This document shows, one piece after another, positions 62,276-64,000 of a stretch of 64,000 nucleotides of DNA. How positions within the stretch are numbered: position 1 is the first letter of the stretch; each line of letters starts with the position of its first letter. The DNA comes from Octopus sinensis. Its lineage: Eukaryota. The position numbers were made by a program, and so were the translations under genes. The DNA is taken from assembly GCF_006345805.1 (NCBI RefSeq), contig NC_042997.1:189286001-189350000 (forward strand), in the 5' to 3' direction. The notes beneath the pieces are model-generated. The model searched no databases and had not been told where the DNA came from. It saw nothing but the letters and a program-made list of their open reading frames with translations.

Positions 62276-62319
<44 letters not shown>

Positions 62320-62320
62320 G

Positions 62321-62359
<39 letters not shown>

Positions 62360-62600
62360 GTATGTGTGTGTGTATATATGTTTGTGTGTCTGTGATTGTC
62401 CCCCCAACATCACTTGACAACCGATGCTGGTGTGTTTATATCACCGTAAATCAGCGGTTCAGCAAAAGAGACCGATAGAATAAGTAATAGGCTTACAAAG
62501 AATAAGTCCTGGGGTCGATTTGCTCGACTAAAGGCGGTGTTCCAGCATGGCTACAGTCAAATGACTGAAACAAGTAAAAGAGTAAAGAGTAAAAGAGAGA
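62127..62600 (+). mobile_element. SINE family A copy
   Basis: Colinear; part of the A box is deleted. Confidence 0.88.
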
Positions 62601-63879
62601 AGAGAGAAATATATACGTACACACGCGTGTATGTAACTCTGATCCCACGAACCATTCCCATCAGTTTACTTTCTGCAACGGCAACGCCTTAACATTCACA
62701 CAAAGACATAGTTGGATAAAATGAGACAAAACTGCACTCAACACGTTCTGGTTTTCAAATAGGACAGACAACAGATGAGATACTATACTCCCTTTACATC
62801 CCAAACAATCCCTGCCAACTCACACACACACATATTGCCTCGCCATGTTCACTATAATAACTCTTCCATAGACATCACCTACTGTTCTACACACCAAGCT
62901 GCCGTAATTACTTGGCAAACAGTTCCTCAAGTTTCAAACTTAAAAGACCCACACTGGAACCAGTTCTTACAAGAATAGGAACAAAGTTTTGCAGAACTCA
63001 ACAACACGTTATTCATTAACATTTTTTTGTACATTAGAATGCATATATTTTACAAAATAATTATAGAAACATAAACTAAAAGAAAAAAAAAGAACTAAAA
63101 TGAACTAGAATAAGGGTGAAAGAAATACAGATAAAGGATATGAAAGAACATAGAAAACAGCGCACTATGCATCGTAAGTTAAGTACAGATCACCTACACA
63201 ATAAAAGATACACATGAATATAAAAGATCACTCGACATAATTTATAGTGACAGTCTTTAACACTATATGAAAATCCATCTTTAAAGAAAAGACGCGTGCA
63301 AATCTCTTGAGCACTCCAACATTGGCATCCTAAAAACGCTTTTTCTTCTACTCAGCTCGGCAAGCACGAGGGTGACATACACACGGAAAAGGCTGTAACA
63401 TCAGTAACCTCATTTGTCTCAAACTGCATTCTGAGACGTACACCACAAGCAATAAGTTGAAGAACGGAAGCTGCCGTTCAAGAATTTGGACCTGGAGATC
63501 TCCATTTCCATCAACTTCGAGGGGCCACCTCCCAGTGGTGTCGGGCGTCAACGAAGAGCCCTCGACTACAACAAGACGACCAAAGTTTTTTTTTCCCCCA
63601 AGGTCTGGGGTCTCCCGCCCCTAAGCCCTAGACCATCACCTAATCACCCTTACCCGTTTTGTTGCTTAACAACAACAACAAGAACGGAAGCTGTGGTGTT
63701 CTGACCGGGTCCGCTTTCCGAACTCAGCTGTAACCGCCATAAAAAGCTACGAGAATACAGGAGTTGGCTGGATATTGGAGAGAGTATAATATGTCCAGAT
63801 TGTCATATGCGATTCTGCACTGTATGACATAGTGGAATATGGTCTTTAGCTTGTAGATGTTATGGTATATATATATATA

Positions 63880-64000
63880 TATTTCTTTACTGCCCACAAG
63901 GGGCTAAACATAGAGGGGACAAACAAGGACAGACAAAGGGATTAAATCGATTACATCGACCTCAGTGCGAAACTGGTACTTTATTTATCGACCCCGAAAG
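63880..64000 (-). mobile_element. SINE family B, cut by the window end
   Basis: TTTCTTTACTGCCCACAAGGGGCTAAAC...TCGACCCCGAAAG. Confidence 0.8.

Overview
Eukaryotic, AT-rich, microsatellite-saturated 64 kb window whose repeat content looks like a coleoid cephalopod (Octopus-like) genome; the species call is inference from the SINE families. Most of the sequence is (TA)n, (TG)n, (TGTA)n, (CTAT)n and trinucleotide tracts, copies of at least four tRNA-headed SINE families, and fossils of Tx1/L1, RTE, CR1/L2-group, R4/Dong-like, CRE-like and possibly Penelope retroelements. There are also mariner, pogo/Tigger, hAT, Helitron and GGATC-TIR DNA elements. Nearly all ORFs in the supplied track are microsatellite artefacts. 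The only long real ORF is a 5'-truncated Tx1-clade reverse transcriptase (33857-35999, one frameshift) sitting inside a (CTAT)n tract. Host-gene evidence is sparse and all on the minus strand: an FABP-like first coding exon (56605-56680) and a few unassigned candidate exons (30243-30512, 15666-15875, 9511-9703). The most interesting signal is three separate short repeat families carrying hammerhead-ribozyme cores. One of these (6709-6769, with relatives at 11372-11427 and 19070-19135) can only form the hammerhead three-way junction through a non-canonical, doubly pseudoknotted strand order, and one copy begins exactly at the predicted cleavage site. All structural calls were made by eye, with no folding, alignment or database search. 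There is a 100-N gap at 56932-57031.
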